A DNA stretch of 64,000 nt from Terriglobia bacterium. GTDB lineage: Bacteria; Acidobacteriota; Terriglobia; Acidiferrales; UBA7541. The notes under the pieces are model-generated. The model was not told the DNA's origin. It did not search any database and worked only from the letters and a program-made list of their open reading frames with translations. The DNA is taken from NCBI GenBank assembly GCA_963695545.1, contig OY968796.1, positions 672,001-736,000 on the forward strand. Reading direction: 5' to 3'. The position numbers and the translations under genes were made by a program. This document shows, in pieces, positions 47,478 through 56,667 of the stretch (its first letter is position 1; the number at the start of each line of letters is the position of its first letter).

Positions 47478-47978
47478 CTAAGCGGATTGCCGGGCGCGAG
47501 CACGACGGTGCGCGAGGAATGCCAGCACCGTTAAGACGATTGACGCGGCGAGGAAACCCGAGTCGCGCACGATTGTGAACTTCGTAAGCGGCTCATTCGT
47601 GCCGAAGCAGCCGCAATTGATTTCCAAGCGCATCGAGTACGCGCGCACAATCGCGTAGACGAGCACCACCAAGAGCGCAGACACACCGGCCGCGGCCCAG
47701 CGAACCCACAGACCCAGGATAAGCATCGCGCCCAAAACCAGTTCAACCCACGGAAGCGCGCGGGCTACGAGCTCGACGCCTGATTCCGACAGCATGTGGT
47801 AGGAATCGACGGACATGGCGAAAAGCATCCAGGGATTTCGCAGTTTGGTGTACGCGGCGTACACGAAGACCGCGCCCATCGCGAGGCGGCCGATGAGAAC
47901 GAGCCACCGAATAACCCGGTCCATCGCGATGCGAGGGTTCCGAGCGGCGTCGCCGGACGAAATCGGATCAGTGGGCAA
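47478..47978 (-). CDS. MauE/DoxX family membrane redox protein
   Basis: 4 TM segments, LPWVEL, CGCFG, RD. Start is TTG 47978 or ATG 47924. Confidence 0.85.
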   Translation of the reverse strand: MPTDPISSGDAARNPRIAMDRVIRWLVLIGRLAMGAVFVYAAYTKLRNPWMLFAMSVDSYHMLSESGVELVARALPWVELVLGAMLILGLWVRWAAAGVSALLVVLVYAIVRAYSMRLEINCGCFGTNEPLTKFTIVRDSGFLAASIVLTVLAFLAHRRARARQSA

Positions 47979-48609
47979 GCAAGAAATCCAGATATTGCTT
48001 CATGAGCGTGTAGGTGACGCCGCCGGGCGGCAGCGCTTGCACGGTGCCGTGGGAGGTCACGAAGATGCTCGGAGTCTGCTCAACATCCTTCGAGCGGCCG
48101 AGCGCGAGATCGGCGTCGATGGCGGCGTCGAGTTGCGGACCGTCCTGTTGATAAATCGTCTCGACCTTTTTCATTTCAGCCGGCGAGAGAACCTCGGCGA
48201 GCATAGGTTCAATCTTTCCGGTCGCGCCCCAATCTTCCTGCTTGTCGAAAAGCGCCTGTTCAACCGACTCGAACACGCCCGCGGCCGCGGCGGCGTTGGC
48301 CCAGCGCGCGGCGTCATGCGAGTAAGCGTGCATGCTCAAGGGAAAATCGTGGTGAACCACGAAGACTTTTCCGGTCGAAACGTAATTGTCGATCACCTGA
48401 CGCAATGTGTTCCGATAAAAATTGCCGCACGCGGGACATTGAAAGTCACTGAACTCGTCAATGCGAATGGGGGCGCTCGACGAGCCGAGCGATTTCGCGG
48501 CCGTCAGAGATTCCGGCGTAATATGCATCTGGGCCGGCGCAGCGGCTGTCGCCACAAGCGCGGCGCCGGCAATCAAACCTGCAACCAAGAAGAAACCGAT
48601 TCGTCTCAA
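47968..48609 (-). CDS. DsbA-family thioredoxin-fold protein (CPAC)
   Basis: EFSDFQCPAC, HDFPL, QTPSIFV; signal peptide; AGGAGG 5 nt before TTG 48609. Confidence 0.9.
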   Translation of the reverse strand: MRRIGFFLVAGLIAGAALVATAAAPAQMHITPESLTAAKSLGSSSAPIRIDEFSDFQCPACGNFYRNTLRQVIDNYVSTGKVFVVHHDFPLSMHAYSHDAARWANAAAAAGVFESVEQALFDKQEDWGATGKIEPMLAEVLSPAEMKKVETIYQQDGPQLDAAIDADLALGRSKDVEQTPSIFVTSHGTVQALPPGGVTYTLMKQYLDFLLAH

Positions 48610-48673
48610 CACGACCTCCTGTGAGCTGTGCGGCGCGCAGACGTTTGAAGCTGCCGTCTGGATTGGATGCGAA

Positions 48674-49306
48674 TCAGTGCGCAAGCAGGTAGTCCAAATA
48701 TTGCTTCATAAGCGTGTAACTCACACCGCCGGGCGGGAGCGGTTGGGTGGTGCCGTGGGAAGTGACAAAGATGCTCGGCGTGCCCGAAACACTTTTCGCG
48801 TGACCCAAAGCAACATCGGCTTGAACCGCTGCGTTGAGCTGATCGCCCTGCCGCTGATAAATCAGCTCAACCTTTTTCATTTCGGGAGCCGAAAGAACCC
48901 CAGCGAGCACCGGCTCAATCTTTCCCGTGGCTCCCCAATCGTCCTGCTTTGCAAAGAGCGCCTGTTCGACCGTCTCGAACTCGCCCGCGGCGGCCGCGGC
49001 GTTGGCCCAGCGCGCGGCGTCAAGAGAGTGCGGATGGAGTGGAAAATCGTGATGGACGACAAGCACCTTTCCGGTGGAGACGTAATTATCGATTACCAGG
49101 CGCAGGGTTCCCTGGTAGAAGCTGCGGCACATAGGACACTCGAAGTCGCTGAACTCGTCGATGCGAATCGGCGCGCTCGACGAACCGAGCGACTTCGCTG
49201 CCGTCAGTGATTCCGGCGTGATCCGCGTCTGCGCCGGAGTGGCACCGGCTGCCAGCCCAACCCAAGCCAAAAATCCCACCAAGGAATAGAATGCGAACCG
49301 TTTCAA
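48674..49306 (-). CDS. DsbA-family thioredoxin-fold protein (CPMC), tandem paralogue
   Basis: EFSDFECPMC, HDFPL, GTPSIFV; signal peptide; start taken at TTG 49306. Confidence 0.9.
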   Translation of the reverse strand: MKRFAFYSLVGFLAWVGLAAGATPAQTRITPESLTAAKSLGSSSAPIRIDEFSDFECPMCRSFYQGTLRLVIDNYVSTGKVLVVHHDFPLHPHSLDAARWANAAAAAGEFETVEQALFAKQDDWGATGKIEPVLAGVLSAPEMKKVELIYQRQGDQLNAAVQADVALGHAKSVSGTPSIFVTSHGTTQPLPPGGVSYTLMKQYLDYLLAH

Positions 49307-49653
49307 CGGGCCCTCGCGGCGCCCGCACATTTATTTTTGTCGGCGGGCCGAAGTATTGTACTCAACTTACGGCGGAGCGCACCATTTATAGCGTGACGGA
49401 TGTGTGCGGCGCGATTCGTTGATAACCAAGCAATCCCCGCAGATCCGTCTCTCATAGGTTGGATGCGAGGACGAGGCCCTCAGCGAACGTCGGTGAACGA
49501 TCGATTCGGCTTTGCAGTTGACGATTGCGTCCGTCGTGGCAGCACGAGCGACACGACGAGGCAGTACCGGGTAAGGCACGGAGGAGGTATAGCCTCTCTC
49601 GGAGTGTCACCGTAAGGCACTCATAATGCGGTAGATAGATAACACACAAAAAT

Positions 49654-49683
49654 CTTGACAATGGAACACTCAAGGTTTATCAT
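49654..49683 (+). promoter_or_regulatory. dnaK sigma70 promoter overlapped by a HAIR (HspR) operator
   Basis: TTGACA (49655-49660), 17 nt, TATCAT (49678-49683); CTTGACA-N7-ACTCAAG versus HAIR consensus CTTGAGT-N7-ACTCAAG; hspR is in the same operon. Confidence 0.8.
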
Positions 49684-49731
49684 GGTGGCTCCAGTGGGAC
49701 CGCGTGGGCCTCGACTTTGACCTGCGCGGGC

Positions 49732-49752
49732 CTTGATGACATCCATATCAAC
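49732..49752. promoter_or_regulatory. Second, degenerate HAIR-like site in the dnaK leader
   Basis: CTTGATG-N7-TATCAAC. Confidence 0.45.
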
Positions 49753-49803
49753 GGGCAAGGATCGCCAAGGGCGGCCCAACACACATCCCGAGGAGTTATT
49801 AAA

Positions 49804-51750
49804 ATGAGCAAGATTATCGGTATCGACCTAGGCACTACAAATTCCGTTGTGGCGGTAATGCAGGGCGGTGAGCCGGTGGTAATCCCCAACCAGGAAGGTG
49901 GCCGGACAACGCCTTCGGTTGTGGCCGTCACCAAGAGCGGCGAACGCCTGGTCGGGCAAGTGGCCAAGCGCCAGGCGGTGACCAACCCGGAAAACACGGT
50001 CTATTCAATTAAGCGGTTCATGGGCCGGCGTTTCGATGAGGTGACGGAAGAAGCCAAGCGCGTGCCCTACAAGGTTGTGAAGGGGCCGCACGACGATGCG
50101 CGCGTCGAGATTTTCGGCAAGAGCTACAGTCCGCCGGAAATTTCCGCGATGATTCTGCAGAAACTCAAGACGGCTGCTGAAGATTTCCTGGGCGAGAAGG
50201 TCACGAAAGCCGTGATCACGGTTCCCGCGTACTTCAACGATGGCCAGCGCCAAGCCACCAAGCAGGCCGGCGAAATCGCGGGGATGGAAGTCCTGCGCAT
50301 CATCAACGAGCCGACCGCCGCGGCATTGGCGTACGGTCTCGACAAGAAAAAAGACGAAACCATCGCGGTGTACGATTTGGGCGGCGGCACCTTCGACATT
50401 TCGATCCTGGAAGTGGGCGAAGGCGTGGTCGAAGTGAAATCCACGGCCGGCGACACGCACTTGGGCGGCGACGACATCGATCAGAAGATCATCGAGTGGA
50501 TGGTCGCCGAATTCAAGAAGGACCAGGGCATCGACGTCAGCAAGGACCGCATGGCGATTCAGCGCCTGAAGGAAACCGCTGAAAAAGCCAAGATCGAGCT
50601 TTCGCAGGTTCAAGAGACGGAAATCAATTTGCCGTTCTTGACTGCGGACGCTTCCGGGCCAAAGCATTTGCAGATCAAGCTGACGCGAGCAAAGCTCGAG
50701 CAATTGATGGAAGATTTGCTGCAGCGCACGGTCGGTCCCGTGAAGCAAGCGATGGCAGACGCTCAGGTAACGCCGGACATGATCAACGAAGTCGTGCTGG
50801 TGGGCGGCTCGACGCGCATACCGCGCGTGCAGCAGATCGTGAAGGATCTATTCGGCGGCAAGGAACCTCACAAGGGCGTGAATGCCGACGAAGTGGTCGC
50901 CGTGGGCGCCGCGATTCAGGGTGGCGTGCTGGGCGGAGAAGTGAAGGACATCCTGTTGCTCGACGTGACGCCGCTTTCGCTGGGCGTTGAGACGTTGGGC
51001 GGCATCATGACCGTGCTGATTCCGCGCAACACCACGATTCCCACGCGGAAGTCGGAAACGTTTTCAACCGCGGCGGACAATCAGCCGTCGGTGGAAATCC
51101 ACGTGTTGCAGGGCGAGCGCAAGACGGCGCCCGACAACCGCACGCTGGGCAAATTCCACTTGATGGGAATTCCGCCGGCGCCGCGCGGCCTGCCGCAGAT
51201 CGAGGTGACGTTCGATATCGACGCGAACGGCATACTGAACGTTTCGGCGAAGGACATGGCCACGAGCAAGGAACAAAAAATCACGATCACTGCAACGACC
51301 GGTCTTTCCAAGGACGAGGCCGAGAAGATGCGCACCGACGCCGAAGCGCATGCCGAAGACGACAAGCGCAAGCTGGCGGAAATCGAGGCGCGCAATCAAC
51401 TCGACAATCGCGTCTACCAGACCGAGAAGCTGCTGCGAGAAAACCGCGAGAAGTTGGCCGAAGGCGACGCGAAGAGCGTCGAAGAGGCGCTCGAGAAAGC
51501 CAAGTCCGCGCTGGCGGGCGGAAATCTCGAGTCCATCGAAGCGGCCAATAAGGAACTCGAAGCCGCTTCGCACAAGGTGGCCGAGGTTCTCTACAGCGCG
51601 GCGAAGGCGCCGGGTGCGGGTGGCGCGGGGAGTGCTCCGGGCGCGGGCGGTGCAGCCGGCGCGCCGGGACCCGAGCCGAAGAAGCCCGGCGAAGGCGACG
51701 TGATTGACGCGGAGTACGTGGACGTGGACGACACAAAGCAGCCGAACTAA
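49804..51750 (+). CDS. dnaK: Molecular chaperone DnaK
   Basis: [48 protein letters not shown] before ATG 49804. Confidence 0.99.
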   Translation: MSKIIGIDLGTTNSVVAVMQGGEPVVIPNQEGGRTTPSVVAVTKSGERLVGQVAKRQAVTNPENTVYSIKRFMGRRFDEVTEEAKRVPYKVVKGPHDDARVEIFGKSYSPPEISAMILQKLKTAAEDFLGEKVTKAVITVPAYFNDGQRQATKQAGEIAGMEVLRIINEPTAAALAYGLDKKKDETIAVYDLGGGTFDISILEVGEGVVEVKSTAGDTHLGGDDIDQKIIEWMVAEFKKDQGIDVSKDRMAIQRLKETAEKAKIELSQVQETEINLPFLTADASGPKHLQIKLTRAKLEQLMEDLLQRTVGPVKQAMADAQVTPDMINEVVLVGGSTRIPRVQQIVKDLFGGKEPHKGVNADEVVAVGAAIQGGVLGGEVKDILLLDVTPLSLGVETLGGIMTVLIPRNTTIPTRKSETFSTAADNQPSVEIHVLQGERKTAPDNRTLGKFHLMGIPPAPRGLPQIEVTFDIDANGILNVSAKDMATSKEQKITITATTGLSKDEAEKMRTDAEAHAEDDKRKLAEIEARNQLDNRVYQTEKLLRENREKLAEGDAKSVEEALEKAKSALAGGNLESIEAANKELEAASHKVAEVLYSAAKAPGAGGAGSAPGAGGAAGAPGPEPKKPGEGDVIDAEYVDVDDTKQPN

Positions 51751-51755
51751 CCTGC

Positions 51756-51795
51756 CAAGGCGCGCCGGCCGGAGAGATTCGGCCGGCGCGCCTTG
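51756..51795. other. Perfect 16-bp GC hairpin after dnaK
   Basis: CAAGGCGCGCCGGCCG, 8-nt loop, CGGCCGGCGCGCCTTG; no U-tract. Confidence 0.6.
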
Positions 51796-51834
51796 CACTT
51801 ACTTACACACCAAGATTCGCACAGGAGACTACGG

Positions 51835-52218
51835 TTGAGCGCAACCGAAGGGATTCGCCGCACGGGGCCGCCGCAAGCAGTTCAGAAGTTACGCGAAAGC
51901 TTTTACATGGTTCAGGTGAATCTCACCGAAGTGCCCAGTGCGGATTGGAAGCGATTATTTTACGAGACGCAGATTACGCCTCCTGCGGATTTCCATCCGC
52001 GGTCGATTGAAATGAGCGGACAGACGCTGCGCTTTCGTTCCGACGGGGCGAGCGTCGAAGCAAAAATCGGATGGGTGGACCGCTGGATCGCGCGAGCCAA
52101 CGAAAAGGAAGCTTCCATGGGGCCGCGCCTCGATGAGGAGCGCAAGCGCCGGCGCGAAGAACACGGTCGCGAGCAGCAGGAACTTTCCGAATGGACCGAG
52201 CGCTGGGCCAAGATTTGA
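51835..52218 (+). CDS. Hypothetical protein (127 aa) between dnaK and dnaJ
   Basis: AGGAG 7 nt before TTG 51835; fills the gap without overlap; globular N-terminal part and charged C-terminal helix; no GrpE motifs. Confidence 0.75.
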   Translation: MSATEGIRRTGPPQAVQKLRESFYMVQVNLTEVPSADWKRLFYETQITPPADFHPRSIEMSGQTLRFRSDGASVEAKIGWVDRWIARANEKEASMGPRLDEERKRRREEHGREQQELSEWTERWAKI

Positions 52219-52259
52219 AATTTTAGAGCAGAAGCCCGCCGTGGCGGGCGAGACACACG

Positions 52260-53399
52260 ATGCCGACAGCAGCCAAACAGGATTACTACGAGACGCTGGG
52301 CGTTTCGCGCAAGGCGACGCAGAAGGAGATCCGCGCCGTCTATCGCAAGCTCGCGCGCAAATATCATCCCGACCTCAATCCAGGCGACAAATCCTCGGAA
52401 GAAAAATTCAAGCAAGTCCAAGAAGCCTACGACGTTCTCTCGGACGCGAAAAAACGCCAGGAGTACGACCAGTTCGGCTTCGAGCCCGCGGGCGGCGGCG
52501 CCGCTGCGCCGGGGGGCCCGCCGGAAGGCGTGCATTTTGATTTCGGCGGTTTCGATTTCGGGTCGGGCCAGGGCGGCGCGAGTTTTCGCGATCTGTTCAG
52601 CCAGGTTTTTCGCGGCGGCGGCGCGGGGGCGCGCGCGGAGATCGATCAGGAGCAGGGGACCGACCTTGAATACCAGGTGGACATCACTTTCTGGGAAGCA
52701 ATGCGCGGCACGGTTCGCAAACTGACGGTCGCGCGTCTGGAGACTTGTCCGACGTGCCACGGGGCGGGAACGATCGGGCAGCCGCAAGTCTGCTCGGTGT
52801 GCGGCGGGACGGGCCAGGTGACGCAGACTTCGGGCAAGATGCGCTTCAATTTGACATGCACGCGCTGCGGCGGCAGCGGGCGCATTCCCACGGTCTGCAA
52901 AACGTGCGGCGGCGACGGACGCGTGCGCCGCGCGGAGACGCTCGACGTGCGCATTCCGGCGGGCGTGTCGACCGGCTCGCGCGTGCGCGTGGCGGGACGC
53001 GGAAACGCAGGCACCGGCGGAGCGCCTGCCGGCGATCTCTACATAATCACCGACGTGCAGCCGCATCCTTATTTCGACCGGCGCGGCGACGATCTCTACA
53101 CCGTCGTGCCCATTACGGTGACCGAAGCTTCGCTGGGCGCGAAGATCGAGGTGCCGACGCTCGATGGCCGCTCGCTGCTGCGCGTTCCGCCGGGCACGAA
53201 TAGCGGACAGAAGCTGCGCATGCGCGAAAAGGGAGTGCCCAGCGTGCGCACGCCTGGAAAACGCGGCGACCTCTACGTAGAGTTGCAAGTGGTGGTGCCG
53301 AAACCGGTGGATGAGAAAGTGCGGAATCTTTTGCGCGAGCTTGCGAAACTTGATACAGAAGATCCGCGGCACGATATTTTCACGCGCGCCGGGGCGTAA
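52260..53399 (+). CDS. dnaJ: Molecular chaperone DnaJ (class A)
   Basis: J-domain HPD, G/F region, four CxxCxGxG repeats, C-terminal substrate-binding domain. Confidence 0.96.
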   Translation: MPTAAKQDYYETLGVSRKATQKEIRAVYRKLARKYHPDLNPGDKSSEEKFKQVQEAYDVLSDAKKRQEYDQFGFEPAGGGAAAPGGPPEGVHFDFGGFDFGSGQGGASFRDLFSQVFRGGGAGARAEIDQEQGTDLEYQVDITFWEAMRGTVRKLTVARLETCPTCHGAGTIGQPQVCSVCGGTGQVTQTSGKMRFNLTCTRCGGSGRIPTVCKTCGGDGRVRRAETLDVRIPAGVSTGSRVRVAGRGNAGTGGAPAGDLYIITDVQPHPYFDRRGDDLYTVVPITVTEASLGAKIEVPTLDGRSLLRVPPGTNSGQKLRMREKGVPSVRTPGKRGDLYVELQVVVPKPVDEKVRNLLRELAKLDTEDPRHDIFTRAGA

Positions 53400-53408
53400 A
53401 GCGCTGCC

Positions 53409-53861
53409 ATGGTTAAGACCGCTCCAACACGAAAGAAGAAAGCGCGCGCCGGGTACATGATTTCGGCGGTCGCGGAACTGTACAAGCTGCATCCGCAAAC
53501 GCTGCGCTTGTACGAGCGCGTCGGCCTGCTCAAGCCTTCGCGGTCGCAGGGGAATACGCGGCTTTACACGGATTCCGATCTCGAGCGGCTCGAAGTGATC
53601 CTCACGCTGACGCGCGAAATGGGCGTGAATCTGGCCGGGATCGAAGTTGTGCTGAATATGCGCGAGAAAATGGCGGAGATGCAGCGACAGATGGAAACAT
53701 TCGCGGCGTTTGTGCAGCAGGAATTGTCGCGCGGGATGCGAACGGTAAATGAACCACAGGCGCGATCGGCGCTGGTGCGCGTTCCTCCGCCGAAAGTGAT
53801 TCGCGTACACAAGACCGTGCCAGAGAAATCTGCCGAAAAGAACCCCAGAGAAATCGTTTGA
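53409..53861 (+). CDS. hspR: MerR-family heat-shock repressor HspR
   Basis: YMISAVAELYKLHPQTLRLYERVGLLKPSRSQGNTRLY, GVNLAGI; directly downstream of dnaJ. Confidence 0.88.
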   Translation: MVKTAPTRKKKARAGYMISAVAELYKLHPQTLRLYERVGLLKPSRSQGNTRLYTDSDLERLEVILTLTREMGVNLAGIEVVLNMREKMAEMQRQMETFAAFVQQELSRGMRTVNEPQARSALVRVPPPKVIRVHKTVPEKSAEKNPREIV

Positions 53862-53913
53862 CGAATCGCACGGAATCTCCGCACATCCAATCGTTTTAGA
53901 AGGAGGGTGCGAG

Positions 53914-54285
53914 ATGCATATTGCGTACCTCGTGTTCACAATTGTTTTCGCGCTTCTGCTGGTGCTTTCCGGCGCCGGAAAAATTCGGCGCGACCCGCGT
54001 CAACTGAAGGTGATCCACGAGATCGTCGGCGTTCCGTTGAAATATTTTCCGTTCCTGGCTGGTTGCGAATTCGCCGGCGCGTTGGGTTTAGTGGCTGGGA
54101 TCGGGTGGCCGGCGCTGGGAATCGCGGCGGGGACCGGTGTTGTTCTCTACTTCGTGGGCGCGGTTGTGTCACACCTGCGGGTTGGCGATTTCAAGGGCAT
54201 CGGAAGCGCGGCGTTCATGCTGGTGCTCGCGGCGATTGCACTTGCGTTGCGCGTCGTGACTTACCGGCCAGGAATTCGGCTCTAG
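53914..54285 (+). CDS. DoxX-like membrane protein
   Basis: SGAGK, EFAGALGL, FVGAVVSHLRVGD; 4 TM segments. Confidence 0.85.
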   Translation: MHIAYLVFTIVFALLLVLSGAGKIRRDPRQLKVIHEIVGVPLKYFPFLAGCEFAGALGLVAGIGWPALGIAAGTGVVLYFVGAVVSHLRVGDFKGIGSAAFMLVLAAIALALRVVTYRPGIRL

Positions 54286-56513
54286 ATGTCGATGGCCACG
54301 ACTTCGTGGTCCAGAATCGACGGCACGGTTAGGGTGAGATTTTCTCCGTGGTTCTGAGCGAGCGCGTCTACGTTTCCAACTAAGAGATGAACCTTTTTCG
54401 CGCTGACTCCGGCGGGCAGGCGGATGTTCACGCTTTGCGCGCCGACCGGAATGAAATCCCGGAAGGGCCCTTTCATGGTCATCGGATTCGTCAAATTCAC
54501 GAGGTGAATGACGATTGAATCGGGATTGCGCCACGCGGTCACCTCGATGACGCCCGGGCCGCTAACTTCGACCATCGGGGTTTCGTTCGTGGCCCACTGG
54601 ACTGTGTTGCGAAGTATTTTGAAGTGATCGAGCGCAAGCACTTCCCAGAACGTGCGATCGATATCCCACGGGAAATAGGCGACGCGGCCGGCCGCGGCGC
54701 CTGCGCCATCGCGGAGATAAACACAGGCGATATTTGTTTCTGCCACGCGCGGATAAACTTTCTCCATCGGCAAATCGGGATAGCTCGGGATCAGCGTCAG
54801 CGGGAACGGCGCGAACTGCGCGCGCGGTTCCACTTCGAGGCGCCACACTCCGTTGATGATGCGTGGGGCGTCTTCGAGGCCTGTGAATAATGGATTGCCG
54901 CTCGCGGCAACGTGTTCCAGACGAATGTAAGAATTATGCATCGGGCCTTCGCCGCGCCCCGTCCAACTCACTCCGAACAGATCGGCGAGTCCGAAATCCT
55001 TTCGGCGAACGCCCCATTTATCGTAAAGACTGGTTTCGTAAGTGGCGATCACGCTGCCGCCGCGCGCGACGACGGCGCGGAGCGCGTCGCATTGCGCGTC
55101 GCTGAGCGCGGCGATGTTCGGCAGGATCAGCGTCTTAAATTGGCCGACGTGCGCGGGATCGAGCAAGCGATCGTGCACCATCTCAAACGGAATGCGCGCT
55201 TCGACCAGAGCCTGGTACCAGCCGAGCGTGTAGTTTTCGACTTTCTCTTCAGCTTGATCGCCGCCGTAGAACCATGCCGTTTGCTGTGAATACACGAGTG
55301 CAACGCGCGCGAGCGGAGTTTCGTGGCGCATGTACGGCCCGGCGCTTTCGTGCCAGCGATAAATATCTTCGACAACGGGCAGCCATCGCGGATCGTGAAG
55401 TGTGCCGCTGAATTTGCTGAACCAGGGACGCATGCCGTTGGCGATTCCATCGAGAACCCAAATGCGAATCTCGGGAGCGGTTTGAACGCTGTCCTTCCAG
55501 CGCTCGGGTTCTTCGAGGCCGACGCTGAAAAGGCCGGCGACAGGTTTCGGGCCGAGCGCGGCGCGGTATTCCTTGGCATTTTTTCCGCAGGCCCACGGCG
55601 GCATCAGGCCGTGGCGGGCCTGGCGATCGGCGGCCAGCATGGCGGTGCGCTCGCCGATGGTTTTCATGTCGAGCGAACTCAGCGCGCCGCCGCCTGTGTT
55701 GGGGACAACGCAAGAATCAGGATTGATCTTGCGCACCGCGGCGTCCCATAGGCCCCAAAGATCGAACAGACGCTGCTGACGCCACAGAATGTAGGCGCGA
55801 CGCGCGGGGTCTTGCGGACTCGTGTTGTCCGGACGCGGGAGATCGAAGCCGGAGGCTGCTTTGAAATTTTCTTGGCAATGCACGCAGTAGCACGGCCCGG
55901 AACCGTCCCAGCGATTGATGAAAATTCCGTCGACGCGATAGCGCGACATGATCTCTTCGTGCACTGCCGTCATGAACTCAAAATTGTAAGGACCAAGCCC
56001 GCACGTCACCCACATTTCAGGCGAGGCCCAGTGACGGCGCGGATTGCCCTGGGCGTCGACGGCGATCCAATCGGGATGCGCGGCTTTAACGTCGTCGTAA
56101 GTCGCGTGCGGATCGGTGCGCACAAGCACGGACATATCGAGCTTGCGGCAACCGGAGACGAGATCTCCGAGAACGTCGCGATCACCGAGCCAAGCGCTGC
56201 GATGATGAAATGGAATTTGAGTCGGATAGTACGCGACGCAGCCGCCGCCGCTGAGGCAGGCGGCGTCCGAGTGCGTGCGCTGAAAATAATCAAGCCAGAA
56301 CGCGAGATCGTATTTGCCGGGATCGTCTTCAACGAGCGTGAGCTGTGCCCAGCGCGTCGGTTTATCGATCCACGACGGAGCGGCGGCCTGCAGCGCCGCG
56401 GCGCCGTCGGCGCCGGCAACTGGGCGCGGCGCGAACGGTGCGAGCGCGGCGACGGCGCCGGCGGCGGTGGTGGTTTTCAAAAATTCTCTGCGAGTAAAAG
56501 GTGGCATCGTCAT
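54282..56513 (-). CDS. Tat-exported putative glycoside hydrolase (TIM barrel plus GH42-type trimerisation domain)
   Basis: TRREFL Tat motif, GGCVAYYPT, VDGIFIN, VALVYS, LILPN...LSD...GGSVIATYETSL. Family is inferred. Confidence 0.7.
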   Translation of the reverse strand: MTMPPFTRREFLKTTTAAGAVAALAPFAPRPVAGADGAAALQAAAPSWIDKPTRWAQLTLVEDDPGKYDLAFWLDYFQRTHSDAACLSGGGCVAYYPTQIPFHHRSAWLGDRDVLGDLVSGCRKLDMSVLVRTDPHATYDDVKAAHPDWIAVDAQGNPRRHWASPEMWVTCGLGPYNFEFMTAVHEEIMSRYRVDGIFINRWDGSGPCYCVHCQENFKAASGFDLPRPDNTSPQDPARRAYILWRQQRLFDLWGLWDAAVRKINPDSCVVPNTGGGALSSLDMKTIGERTAMLAADRQARHGLMPPWACGKNAKEYRAALGPKPVAGLFSVGLEEPERWKDSVQTAPEIRIWVLDGIANGMRPWFSKFSGTLHDPRWLPVVEDIYRWHESAGPYMRHETPLARVALVYSQQTAWFYGGDQAEEKVENYTLGWYQALVEARIPFEMVHDRLLDPAHVGQFKTLILPNIAALSDAQCDALRAVVARGGSVIATYETSLYDKWGVRRKDFGLADLFGVSWTGRGEGPMHNSYIRLEHVAASGNPLFTGLEDAPRIINGVWRLEVEPRAQFAPFPLTLIPSYPDLPMEKVYPRVAETNIACVYLRDGAGAAAGRVAYFPWDIDRTFWEVLALDHFKILRNTVQWATNETPMVEVSGPGVIEVTAWRNPDSIVIHLVNLTNPMTMKGPFRDFIPVGAQSVNIRLPAGVSAKKVHLLVGNVDALAQNHGENLTLTVPSILDHEVVAIDI

Positions 56514-56667
56514 GGGGCCATCCGCGGAAGTGCGTGTGTCGCTCAACTGCTCCGGCGGGAAGAGTATATGACGCAGCAGCGCGCTTTCCACAATCCGCTA
56601 CAGTTTCCACATGCCGGCGCTCAATGCGCGTCTTGCGCGGTGCCGCGAGCGCGCCTATGCTGTCGAC

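Noticed and set aside
49330..49625. Small ORFs or an ncRNA between the DsbA genes and dnaK
   Set aside because: Three mutually overlapping 70-aa ORFs lack Shine-Dalgarno sites and motifs; the short hairpins show no SRP, RNase P, tmRNA or 6S signature I can recognise.
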